Shown here: one piece after another, positions 50,459 to 64,000 of the stretch | Position numbering within the stretch: position 1 is the stretch's first letter | Layout of the letters: each line of letters starts with the position of its first letter | Origin: an uncultured Methanoregulaceae archaeon | Lineage (GTDB): Archaea > Halobacteriota > Methanomicrobia > Methanomicrobiales > Methanospirillaceae | NCBI GenBank assembly: GCA_963737635.1 | Contig: CAVTTL010000001.1 | Location: 320,001-384,000 of the forward strand | Length of the DNA: 64,000 bases | Reading direction: 5' to 3' | Translations under genes and position numbers: made by a program | Notes under the pieces: model-generated | Database searches by the model: none | Told to the model about the DNA's origin: nothing | Seen by the model: only the letters and a program-made list of their open reading frames with translations

Positions 50459-50851
50459 TCAGGTAGAGGATTGTACGATAATTGTCCCTTTTATCGCCGC
50501 ATTATCTGTGCAGTGGTACCCGTACGTTCCAGCTATTGTAAATGTAAACTGATATCTATCGTTACTTTCGAGAGGTGGAGACGTAAAGAAGTCTGGATCC
50601 CCGGAATCAGAAGTAATAGTATGCAGTCCCATATCGCGATTGAGCCATGTGACTGTTATACCACGGCTGACAACAAGGATCTGGGGATTGACGCCATCAC
50701 TTTCAAGGAGGATTGTCGTTTGTGGAGTATATGCTGGTGGCGAGTTTACAGCCGGAGTGACCTTACTGGTGCACCCTGCGACAAGGATGAGCATGGCCAT
50801 GATGAGGAGAATACCGGTCGTAAATACTATAGGACCGGGACGGATATGCAT
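50459..50851 (-). CDS. Cupredoxin-fold lipoprotein
   Basis: Lipobox LVAGC; VTWLNRD..HTITSD..FTFTIAGTYGYHC..GTIIV. Confidence 0.8.
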   Translation of the reverse strand: MHIRPGPIVFTTGILLIMAMLILVAGCTSKVTPAVNSPPAYTPQTTILLESDGVNPQILVVSRGITVTWLNRDMGLHTITSDSGDPDFFTSPPLESNDRYQFTFTIAGTYGYHCTDNAAIKGTIIVQSST

Positions 50852-51373
50852 GGAGTAAGGTTCGTGAGAGGATATAAAAAGTTCATGGTTATTTAACGGT
50901 TCGATCGAACAATGTGCACGCCAAAAGCATGAGTCCGTATCGCCACTGATATTAGAGACCCCCTATTGCAGAACAAAACCAACCCCAGTCTCCGCAATCC
51001 TCACTCTCCTTTAAGCTTGCAGGAGTCACGGAAACAATGGCCAAGCAAATCGCCCGGTGATAATTAAAGGATACGATTCAGGCTTGGTTCCCAAACCTGT
51101 TAAGAGAGATCCAAAATTCTAAAAAACTCTAAAAACAATTATAAAAGATTCAAATTCAACAGAATACAGCGTTAACCCAAAATATTCAACGGAAACCTCG
51201 TAAATCGTCAAATTAACATTGGATTTAAGATTTCAATTCTATCAGGAAAACCTTCTCTCTTTTCTTCCCCGAACCCCTTATAAACCCCAACGCCTCATAT
51301 CAGTACCTATCAACGTACCCATTCGTTGAATGAATAGTATACAACATCATACCATAGGGAGGAAGAATATTTT

Positions 51374-53347
51374 ATGATATTGGTACCAGATACAAGTGTC
51401 CTCATCGACGGGCGCATAACCTCGATGATAAAAGCCGGTGAATACAAAGGAGCAACAATAATCGTCCCTGAGGCAGTCATTGCGGAACTCGAAGCTCAGG
51501 CAAATAATGGACGCGAGATTGGATTCTCGGGCCTCAACGAGCTCCAGTCGTTGTGCAAGATGGCCGAGGAGAAAACCATCGAACTCAAGTTCTCCGGCAT
51601 CCGTCCGACACTGGAACAGGTCAAGCTTGCAAGCGGCGGCGAAATCGACGCGATGATACGAGGTATAGCGATCGAAAATTCTGCACGCTTTATCACGAGC
51701 GATAATGTACAGGCAGAAGTGGCCAGAGCAAAAGGGCTCGATGTAATCTACTTAAAACCGCAAGTTACTGATTTTGTCCCTCTCGGGATTGACCAGTTCT
51801 TTGACGAACACACGATTGCCGTTTACCTCAAGGAACGCGTCAGCCCGGTTGCTAAGAAAGGCACAATCAACGAGATGAAACTCGTAAAGATCCGCGATCA
51901 GCCGGTCAGTGAGTACGAACTCCGCAACCTTGCGCAGGAGATTCTCGAACGGGCCAAAAGGGATCCCGATGGGTTCATCGAAATCGAGAAGCGCGGCATC
52001 ACGGTCGTCCAGATTGGTTCCTTACGTATCGCAATTGCCCGCCGGCCATTTTCAGATGGCATGGAGATCACCGCTGTGCGTCCAATCGTGGATGTGACTC
52101 TTGATAACTATGCAAAAGCAGACATAATCAAGAAACGGATCATCTCAGATCAACGTGGTCTTATCATTGCTGGTTCTCCTGGCGCTGGAAAGACCACACT
52201 TGCCCAAGGTATCGCGACGTATCTCTCCGAAAGTGGATATGTCGTCAAAACCATGGAAGCGCCTCGCGAACTTCAGGTTCCGGATCAAATCACACAATAC
52301 ACTACTCTCGACGGCAGCATGTCAAACACTGCTGACGTTCTCCTGCTGGTCCGCCCGGACTTTGTCATCTTCGACGAACTGCGCAAGAATGAGGACTTCA
52401 CGGTCTTTGCAGATATGCGCCTCGCCGGCCTCGGCATGGTCGGGGTCATCCACGCAAACAGCGTCCAGGATGCACTCCAGCGGTTCTCTGACCGCGAAGA
52501 CTTCTCCGTTCTCTCGCAGATCATCAATACCATTGTATTTTTGGAGAAAGGCGTTGTTACAAAGATCTACGATGTAGGGTTTAAGATTAAGGTACCTGAA
52601 GGCATGGGAAGTGAAATGCATATCCGGCCCGTGACTACTGTAACGGATTCCGAGACCGGCAGCCTCGTGCTCGATGTTTTCAGGTACGATGGACAGACTA
52701 TTGTTATGCCTGTGTTACCCGGAGCCGCAGATGCACCTGTCGGACCTGCTCCAAGGGCGATATCCATCCAGAATGTCGGGCAGCCAGTACTTCCGGCTAG
52801 TAAAGCAAGCAGTTCCCTCGCAGCTATTCCTGATGCTACACCTTGGGCAACAGCAGAGGATCACCCAAGCTGGAAGCTTAATGAGAAGGAGATTCAGCGC
52901 GAGATAGGCAGATACACAGATGGCGCTGTCGATGTTGAGATGATCAGCGACACTAAGGCAGTTGTTTATATTGATGACAAGGATGTCCCGGCAGCAATCG
53001 GAAAGGGCGGCAAGAATGTCTCAGCTATCGTTAACAAAATAGGAATCGGCATCGATATTAAGCCCCGGTCCGACCTTGAACGCCAGCATGCCCAGCCAAT
53101 GGCAAAATCAGACGGCGAGATTTCCCTTGGGGGAGGAATCAAAATCCAGACCGATAAAAAGCAGCTTGTCATCATTGCACCGGATCAAAGCGGGAAGATC
53201 GTCGACGTCTTTGCCGGCAAGGAATATCTCTTTACTGCAACGGTCAACGACAGCGGTGAAATCAGCCTAGCCAAAAATTCGAGCATCGCGCAGGAAATGA
53301 TCCGGCGCTACCAGAATAACGAGACTATCAAGCTCAGGCCGGTATAA
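51374..53347 (+). CDS. PIN-domain/ATPase/KH protein (PINA family)
   Basis: PDTSVLID PIN start; GSPGAGKTT; LLVRPD..FDELR; KH IGKGG. Confidence 0.92.
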   Translation: MILVPDTSVLIDGRITSMIKAGEYKGATIIVPEAVIAELEAQANNGREIGFSGLNELQSLCKMAEEKTIELKFSGIRPTLEQVKLASGGEIDAMIRGIAIENSARFITSDNVQAEVARAKGLDVIYLKPQVTDFVPLGIDQFFDEHTIAVYLKERVSPVAKKGTINEMKLVKIRDQPVSEYELRNLAQEILERAKRDPDGFIEIEKRGITVVQIGSLRIAIARRPFSDGMEITAVRPIVDVTLDNYAKADIIKKRIISDQRGLIIAGSPGAGKTTLAQGIATYLSESGYVVKTMEAPRELQVPDQITQYTTLDGSMSNTADVLLLVRPDFVIFDELRKNEDFTVFADMRLAGLGMVGVIHANSVQDALQRFSDREDFSVLSQIINTIVFLEKGVVTKIYDVGFKIKVPEGMGSEMHIRPVTTVTDSETGSLVLDVFRYDGQTIVMPVLPGAADAPVGPAPRAISIQNVGQPVLPASKASSSLAAIPDATPWATAEDHPSWKLNEKEIQREIGRYTDGAVDVEMISDTKAVVYIDDKDVPAAIGKGGKNVSAIVNKIGIGIDIKPRSDLERQHAQPMAKSDGEISLGGGIKIQTDKKQLVIIAPDQSGKIVDVFAGKEYLFTATVNDSGEISLAKNSSIAQEMIRRYQNNETIKLRPV

Positions 53348-53407
53348 ACCGCCATAGGAGTTTTATAACGCAACAATTCCCATAATAAGAGGAGAAGGTG
53401 AAGGGTT

Positions 53408-56190
53408 TTGAGCGAATTTAACTTGGGCGAATTTGAAAGGGAAGCACATGAGCAGTGGGCAAGGGCATTTGAGTCCAACCCCTCTGACCGCGAAAAATTT
53501 TATCTCACGGTCGCATTCCCGTACCCAAGCGGCGCAATGCACGTTGGACATGGCCGTACCTATATAGTACCCGATGTGATCGCACGATTCTGGCGGATGA
53601 GAGGAAAGCAGGTCCTGTTCCCGATGGCGTTCCATGTCACAGGTGCGCCGGTTGTCGGCATTTCAAAGAGGATTGCAAGGAACGATCCAAAGACGATCCA
53701 CCTGTACCGTGACCTCTACAAAGTCCCACAGGATGTACTCGCGGAATTTACAGAACCGTTAACAATCGTCAAGCATTTTGCTGCAGAATATCAGCGCGTG
53801 ATGACCTCATGCGGTCTCTCGATCGATTGGCGACGGCGGTTTATCACCGTCGATCCAACCTACAGCAAATTCGTCGAGTGGCAGTGGAAACACTTGTACG
53901 AGGCAGGTCATGTAATAAAGGGTGCCCACCCGGTCCGGGTACTGCACTGTAGACGAGAACCCGGTCGGTGATCATGACCTTCTCGAAGGGGACAAAGCTG
54001 AGGTAATCAAGTTCACCCTTGTCATGTTCCGGTATGGCGACACGTTCATCCCGACCGCCACGCTCCGGCCCGAGACCATCCATGGAGTCACTAACCTCTG
54101 GGCAAATCCGAATGTTACCTATGTAAGGGCACTTATTGATGGCAGACCATGGATTGTTTCAAAGGAATCAGCCGAAAAACTTGTGCTGCAGGATCATACA
54201 GTCGAGGTAAAAGAAGAGATCGAAGGAAAGGATCTCATAGATAAGACTGTCACCCACCCCCTCTGCGGCTCCATCCCGATCCTCCCCGCCGATTTCGTCG
54301 ATCCCGACATGGCGACAGGTATAGTGATGAGTGTGCCTGCCCATGCTCCGTTTGACTACATCGCGCTCCGCGATCTCCAGCAGCAGGGAAAATATACGGA
54401 GATCAAACCGATTCCGCTGATCACAGTCGAGGGTTACGGGAATCTCCCTGCCCAGGATGCTGTCGAACGGGCTGGCATTCGCCACCAGATGGACAGCCGG
54501 ATGGAATCCCTTACGCAGGAGATCTACTCCGCCGAGTTCTCAAAAGGAAAACTCTTCGAGAAGTATGGCGGCAAGCCGGTCAAGGTTGCGCGTGAAGAGG
54601 TCGCACAGGAAATGTGCGATAAATATCATTCAGTCGTCATGTACGAGTTTGACACCCGGCCGGTGATCTGCCGGTGCGGGAATAAAGTCAAGGTCAAGAT
54701 CCTCCACGATCAGTGGTTCCTGAAGTACAGCGATCCCGAATGGAAACAGCAGGCTAGCTACCACCTAAAAGATATGGTGCTTGTCCCCCCCGAGGTTCGT
54801 ACTGAGTTTGACCGGACGATTGGCTGGCTCAAGGACTGGGCCTGCACCCGGCGTGTTGGCCTTGGTACCAAGTTCCCATGGGATCCTGCCCAACTGATCG
54901 AGCCGCTTTCGGACTCGACCGTCTATATGGCCTATTATACAATCGCCCACAGGATCCGGGAAATCGAACCAAAACTTCTCACGCCTGAAGTCTTTGACTA
55001 TATCTTCCTCGGAAAGAAATCGCCGGATCTACCCGAGAAAAAGAGGCTTGACGCAATGCGGGAAGAGTTCATGTACTGGTACCCGTATGACTTCCGGTTC
55101 TCGGCAAAGGACCTCATCTCCAACCACCTCACCTTCCAGATCTTCCACCATGTGACGATCTTCCCAAAAGACAAGCTCCCCAAGGGCATGGTTGTTTTCG
55201 GGATGGGGCTCTTAAACGGCGCAAAGATGTCCTCTTCAAAAGGCAATGTTTTCCTGCTTGAGGACGCAGTTGGTGAATTTGGCGCCGATACGGTCAGGAT
55301 GTTCTTGACTGGCAGCGCAGAGCCCTGGCAGGACTTTGATTGGAGAAATGAACTGGTGCTCTCCACAAAAAAACAAATCGAGAGGTTTTATGCCACGGTC
55401 ATGGAGATCCGGGACTCAGGCGGCGAGCCACAGGATATCGACCGCTGGCTTATCAGCAGGCTCCAGGAGCACATCTCAAAGATGACTTCGGCTTTGGAAA
55501 ACTTCCAGACCCGTCAGGCGCTTCAGGAGGCTTCATTCGGGATCGAAACCGATCTGAAATGGTACCGGCGTCGTCTGCCTGATGGCTGCTGTGGCAGCAG
55601 GGACCTGAGCTACCCTCTGCTCGGTATGGACCCGGCTTCTCACACCGTTCATCCCTTTCACCACTGAACATCTCTGGAAAGAACTGGGCAACAAAGACCT
55701 TATTTCGTTTGCAGAGTGGCCGGTAGCGAATGAAAATCTTATCAACTCGAAGATCGAACTTTCCGAGGAACTCCTTGCCCGGACAGTAGAGGATATAGAA
55801 TCGATCCGGAAACTGATCCAGATTACACCTAAATCGATCACCATCGTGCTTGCGCCCTCATGGAAGCATGAAGTCTTCAAAACGATCGCCTGTTCCAGCG
55901 ACCGGAACAAGGTGCTCAAGGAGATCATGAAAGACGAGGAGATGAAAAAGCGAGGCAGAGAAGCGACCGATGCGGTAAAACAGTGCACCACCCTTATTCA
56001 CCGCCTTCCTCCACGGGTTGTTGCGCCTCTCGCAAAGGAATCGGTCAACGAGCGTGCAGTCTTTGAGGCTGCTCAGGCATTTCTCGAAAAGGAGTTTTGC
56101 GTTCCCATTCACGTAGCTGATGCTGAATCGAGCGGGTACGCAAAAGGAGCAACCGCCCTCCCGTTCAAACCAGCTATCGTGATTGAATAG
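53408..56190 (+). CDS. leuS: Leucyl-tRNA synthetase; frameshifts near 53937 and 55612
   Basis: [12 protein letters not shown] (HIGH), [20 protein letters not shown] spread over three ORFs. Confidence 0.95.
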
Positions 56191-56242
56191 AATTTTCCTT
56201 TTTTAAATCGAGCTGGCCGGGATTATACCGATCCAGATTATA

Positions 56243-56785
56243 TCACGTAACTGGATCGCACCGGTAGCAATGAGATGCCAGGATTGCAGATACTTGCTGA
56301 AGCCATGAGGGATCACTGCATGGGGATGCCGTTCTTCCGGAGCCATCGATCGCGTTGTATGGCAGGAGTTTGACTTCAGCGTTCCAGATCCGGGCAAGGA
56401 TAGCATCGGATGTTTGGATGTCAGTCTTCCCGACAACTTTGCCTGCAACATCCCCGCCGGAATTCCGGATGATCATATGGTAGCACCGAAAATCCCGGCA
56501 GATCTGGGGACGGCTCGGATAGATCGCACAGATAAAACTCGGGCTTTCAGGATTCCTACGGTGGAAGACACATCCATTGCGGGATTTGGTGGTACTCTCA
56601 ATGCCAGATACGTATTCCTCATCGATTTCACGTGCAAATTCCGGCTGGACATGAACCGGGAATAGTTCCCCAGTGATATCATTTTTGCAGTAATAATCCT
56701 GTTCGGTGAGCTGCCGCTCGATCCTGATATAGATGCCGAGGCTGGTACAACACTTCCCGCAATTATCACAACAAAAAAATGCCAT
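56243..56785 (-). CDS. YkgJ-family cysteine cluster protein
   Basis: CDNCGKCC..CVF..CAIYPSRPQICRDF. Confidence 0.85.
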   Translation of the reverse strand: MAFFCCDNCGKCCTSLGIYIRIERQLTEQDYYCKNDITGELFPVHVQPEFAREIDEEYVSGIESTTKSRNGCVFHRRNPESPSFICAIYPSRPQICRDFRCYHMIIRNSGGDVAGKVVGKTDIQTSDAILARIWNAEVKLLPYNAIDGSGRTASPCSDPSWLQQVSAILASHCYRCDPVT

Positions 56786-56856
56786 ACCCCTCCCTGAATC
56801 CTGTATCGCATGGAGGTAATGTAGGTCCGGGGGTAAAAAGCCGGTGCCGGGGGTTG

Positions 56857-57174
56857 TTATGCTCCTTCTACACTCTTTGCCCGTTTCACCCGTTCTTTTG
56901 TGGAGAATCCGGTCGCCGCATCCAGAAATTTCCTGAACCTTTTATTCGTGTCGATGATAATCTCATCGCTTGCCGCTGTGTCAGATTCGGTGTTCACACG
57001 AAGGGTCTTTCCCCCGGCCCCAGTGATCGCCTCAAGTCGTTTCAGGGCACCGTAACGGATGCGGTACGAGTTCCCGTTTTTTTCCGGCTCGACTCCGAAA
57101 CAATTCCTGAGTTCCGCGACAATCCTTTGGTCGAGATCTTTTGTCAAGCCTCTTTTTATGGGGTACTCCTGCAT
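56857..57174 (-). CDS. Conserved archaeal protein (DUF5611-like)
   Basis: MQEYPIKRG..FRKFLDAATGFSTKER; divergent from the PAC2 gene. Confidence 0.65.
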   Translation of the reverse strand: MQEYPIKRGLTKDLDQRIVAELRNCFGVEPEKNGNSYRIRYGALKRLEAITGAGGKTLRVNTESDTAASDEIIIDTNKRFRKFLDAATGFSTKERVKRAKSVEGA

Positions 57175-57208
57175 ACTATTTTTTAGGTAGTGCGTGTATG
57201 TTAACTTA

Positions 57209-57937
57209 ATGACGACCGACTCATCGCATGATCTCACGATCTATGCAAAACCGCCACCCAGCGAAGGCGCTGCGGTGCTTATGGGATTTCCGGGGAGCGG
57301 ACTCGTAGGTACGATAGCTCTCCAGTATATGGTCGATCAACTCGAATTCGAGCTGACCGGCACTATGACTTCCCGGTATTTCCCTCCGCTTGCTATGATG
57401 AACAAGGGCGTAATAAATGATCCCGTGAGGTTATACATGAAAAACAATATCGCAGCCATTGTTGCCGATATCCCCATTCACCCTATGATCTGCTATGAGA
57501 TCTCCACGGGCATTCTTGACTGGCTCGCCCCGTATAAACCAAAGGAAGTACTCACCATTGCCGGGATTGTAACTAATGAATCCGAAAAGCGCGTATTTGG
57601 CGTTGCAACAACCACAGAAGCTCTCCAGAGGATCCAGGATCATACGCTGGTGCTTCCCATCGGGAGTATTTCCGGTATAGCCTCAAGTATACTGACAGGA
57701 TGTAAGATCCGGGGTATCCCGGCATTTGGCCTTCTTGGTGAAACTATTAACGCACCGGATCCCCGGTCATCAGCGGCAACTATCGAAGTACTCAACAAGA
57801 TGTACAACCTCGGCCTTGATGTCAAACCGCTTCTGGAGCAGGCTGATGAAATTGAGCAGAGCATGCACAGGATCTCCGAGGAGGTCCAGCAATCTGCGGA
57901 TACGTCGCCGAAAAAAGATCTTCCGATGTATGGGTGA
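57209..57937 (+). CDS. PAC2-family proteasome assembly chaperone
   Basis: GFPGSGLVGTIA, PDPRSSA, LLEQADEIE, C-terminal MYG (HbYX). Confidence 0.9.
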   Translation: MTTDSSHDLTIYAKPPPSEGAAVLMGFPGSGLVGTIALQYMVDQLEFELTGTMTSRYFPPLAMMNKGVINDPVRLYMKNNIAAIVADIPIHPMICYEISTGILDWLAPYKPKEVLTIAGIVTNESEKRVFGVATTTEALQRIQDHTLVLPIGSISGIASSILTGCKIRGIPAFGLLGETINAPDPRSSAATIEVLNKMYNLGLDVKPLLEQADEIEQSMHRISEEVQQSADTSPKKDLPMYG

Positions 57938-57942
57938 GCTTC

Positions 57943-58341
57943 ATGAAGTGCGCTGCATTAACCGGAATATCGCCGGAAGTGATCCGGGATCTTCGCGAGG
58001 GAAGACCCCGAACTATCGAGCTCCAGAGTACCCAGAATATTGTAACCATAGCCGGGATCGAGTCCGGGACCAGTGTCCAGATATTTATGACTTCAACTGA
58101 CGTCGATGATCTGGGCCCCGGGGACGGGGGAATCTGTGTCGATCTGCTGTCATCATCAATTTCCATGAAACGGATTGTAGAGTACTCCAAAGGGATCTAT
58201 TATGAGGAACGGGAGAGGATGTCAGCCAGGGTTCAGGTGAAATATTGCTTCTCATCGGTGGTTCGGGAGGTATTTCATGAGAAACTTTGTTCCCCAACGT
58301 ATGTGGAAGTTCTCAAATCGTCATCTTATCACGCCGGTTAA
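57943..58341 (+). CDS. DUF473 family protein
   Basis: ALTGIS..RTIELQS.QN..EERE; follows PAC2 gene. Confidence 0.75.
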   Translation: MKCAALTGISPEVIRDLREGRPRTIELQSTQNIVTIAGIESGTSVQIFMTSTDVDDLGPGDGGICVDLLSSSISMKRIVEYSKGIYYEERERMSARVQVKYCFSSVVREVFHEKLCSPTYVEVLKSSSYHAG

Positions 58342-58501
58342 ATGCCCAGCAGACATTTAACCGGTTTTTTTACTTCGGTTAATATCGATTTTTGTTTGAA
58401 GTCGTACTGCCTTATCGTTGCTGCCTCCTACAGGGACTAACCTCTTCAAATTCATGAAACAGATTAATTAGCCCGGAACACGAAACTAAGAGGCACGACA
58501 A

Positions 58502-58576
58502 GGGCTTGTGGCTTAGCTTGGACATAGCGCCGGGCTTCTAACCCGGACGTCGGGGGTTCAAATCCCCCCAAGCCCG
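58502..58576 (+). tRNA. tRNA-Arg(UCU), no intron, CCA not encoded
   Basis: Acceptor GGGCTTG/CAAGCCC; anticodon arm CCGGG-CTTCTAA-CCCGG; T arm GGGGG-TTCAAAT-CCCCC. Confidence 0.96.
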
Positions 58577-58691
58577 TAATTCTCTTTTTTTTACGGAACA
58601 CAAAAGAAGGTTTGTTACGGATTTGTCACATCTGGCGTAACAGCCTGAAAGACGCAAACAGTTACACTAGGACAAAATGAGAGAGAAATGG

Positions 58692-59162
58692 TTACTGCAT
58701 AGCAGTGGCTTCAGCGTCGTCCACAGGTTTTTGGAGGATCTGCACATCCACGATGTTGTGCTGCCGCAGGGCCAGTTTCTTTGCCTTGAAAATATTCTTA
58801 CCATCTTTACCTATTGCTATGCCACGGTCTTCATCACGGACTTCGACCGTAGCTGCCTGTTCTTCTGTTTCGCCGGTAAAGACGATACTGGTCACCTGTG
58901 CGGGAAGGAAACAGTTCTTTAAGAATTGCTCGGGGTTGCTATTATATTCCACAACCTCTATCTTCTTTCCCATAACTTCGGACGCCTTTTTGATAGATAC
59001 TCCCTTTTTGCCGATCGCAAGCCCCATATCCCCGGGATTGACGACAAATATGAGTCTGCCGTTGCGCTCATCAATAACACAGTCACGGCTTCCCGCACCG
59101 GTCAACGATTCGAACTGGGAGATCAGGCGCATGCAGTCTTCAGTCAGTTTGACTTCGACCAT
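58692..59162 (-). CDS. nusA: Archaeal NusA
   Basis: Two KH domains (AIGKKG, AIGKDG); downstream of rpl30e. Confidence 0.95.
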   Translation of the reverse strand: MVEVKLTEDCMRLISQFESLTGAGSRDCVIDERNGRLIFVVNPGDMGLAIGKKGVSIKKASEVMGKKIEVVEYNSNPEQFLKNCFLPAQVTSIVFTGETEEQAATVEVRDEDRGIAIGKDGKNIFKAKKLALRQHNIVDVQILQKPVDDAEATAMQ

Positions 59163-59163
59163 A

Positions 59164-59457
59164 TCATGCCGTCCTCTTCAGTGAAAGAATATCTGATTCG
59201 CCAGGACTGACAATAGCTAGCGTGCTTACCATGAATGGTTTACCGCAAGCCTTGCCGAGCGCCAAACTGGACCCCTCAAACGTGTGGATGAAGAGGCTTT
59301 CATACCCGCCAAGCTGGTTTTTAAACTTCTCCGGGCAGTTTGCCGCGATGACCACCATCTGGGCCTTACCCTCTTTTACGCATTTTTCCGTGTTGTTCTG
59401 ACCGAGAATGACGTCTCCGGTCTTGATCGCTCTTCTCAATGAAGCATTAAAATCCAT
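59164..59457 (-). CDS. rpl30e: 50S ribosomal protein L30e
   Basis: AIKTGDVILG..AANCP..LGKACGKPF..GESDIL. Confidence 0.96.
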   Translation of the reverse strand: MDFNASLRRAIKTGDVILGQNNTEKCVKEGKAQMVVIAANCPEKFKNQLGGYESLFIHTFEGSSLALGKACGKPFMVSTLAIVSPGESDILSLKRTA

Positions 59458-59500
59458 CTACAATTCTCCTGAAAGTTGGTTGGTTTTTAAGTTTAGATCA

Positions 59501-63316
<3,816 letters not shown>

Positions 63317-63326
63317 GACGCACCTC

Positions 63327-64000
63327 CTATACGACGTCCTCTAATCTCAGGCGGGGTGCTATCCCCATGCTCTTCATCTCATCAAGCAGGAGCTTGAATG
63401 CATAACTCATCTCGACCGGGTAAATATCGGTCTCGTTACCGCAGGCAAGACACCGGGTCATGTTGCGCTTGCGGTCAAGCATCGCCACCATCCCACAATG
63501 GGCGCAGACATATTCCTGAACTTTATCTGACTCGTCAAGCAGCCGCTCCTTTAAAGCCATGGCTGCGCCGTGGCCGATCATAACATCCCGCTCCATCTCA
63601 CCAAACCGGAGACCGCCTTCACGGGCACGACCTTCTGTCGGCTGGCGAGTGAGCACCTGCACGGGTCCTCGTGAACGGGCGTGCATCTTGGAGGAGACCA
63701 TGTGGTACAATTTCTGGTAGTAAATCACACCGATGTAGATATCGGCCTTGAACGCCTTGCCGGTGATGCCATCATACATCACTTCCCGGCCGGTATGGGA
63801 GTATCCAAGGTTTTTGAGAGATGAACGGAGGTCTGCCTCACTCTCGCCACTGAATGCAGTGCCATTGATGCGTCTTCCCTCAAGAGCTCCTACCTTTCCC
63901 CCTATCATCTCAAGCATGTGTCCGATGGTCATACGGCTCGGGATAGCATGGGGATTGATCACAAGGTCGGGCGAAAGCCCGCTCTCAGTGAAAGGCATGT
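63327..64000 (-). CDS. rpoB1: RNA polymerase subunit B' (Rpo2 C-terminal part), truncated by window edge
   Basis: [40 protein letters not shown]. Confidence 0.97.
   Translation of the reverse strand, partial: MPFTESGLSPDLVINPHAIPSRMTIGHMLEMIGGKVGALEGRRINGTAFSGESEADLRSSLKNLGYSHTGREVMYDGITGKAFKADIYIGVIYYQKLYHMVSSKMHARSRGPVQVLTRQPTEGRAREGGLRFGEMERDVMIGHGAAMALKERLLDESDKVQEYVCAHCGMVAMLDRKRNMTRCLACGNETDIYPVEMSYAFKLLLDEMKSMGIAPRLRLEDVV

Noticed and set aside
58502-58690. tRNA-Arg as an integration site
   Set aside because: No integrase and no duplicated tRNA 3' end noticed in the window; flanked by core genes

Overview
Archaeal chromosomal segment, most consistent with a hydrogenotrophic methanogen of the Methanomicrobiales (Methanoregula-like; inferred from gene content, not from a database search). 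Most of the window is housekeeping: rsmA, rpo4, rpl21e, pus10, trmY, srp54, ftsY, pfdA; the rnp4-yhbY-rps19e-rpl39e-rpl31e-aIF6-rpl18a operon; cobQ, aIF1, hisI; a pst/phoU phosphate locus; PINA, leuS, tRNA-Arg(UCU); and the nusA-rpl30e-rpoA2-rpoA1-rpoB1 operon. Four things stand out. (1) At 1-2300, three diverged copies of a ~115-bp gene tail encoding TM helix + [17 protein letters not shown]-stop + T-run alternate with HicAB toxin-antitoxin modules and a hicB/yhcG chimeric remnant, like a cassette array. (2) At 31-43 kb, a type IV pilus-like assembly locus is embedded with roadblock/LC7, DUF2226/PATAN-like, MinD, response-regulator and tandem V4R genes. (3) An apparent ~15-kb inversion separates rpl18a from pfdA-ftsY, with a bacterial-type amino-acid decarboxylase/antiporter pair at one breakpoint. 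(4) An unannotated Cys-rich gene seems to start at ACG. Many essential genes carry single-base frameshifts, which points to sequencing/assembly indels rather than real pseudogenes.
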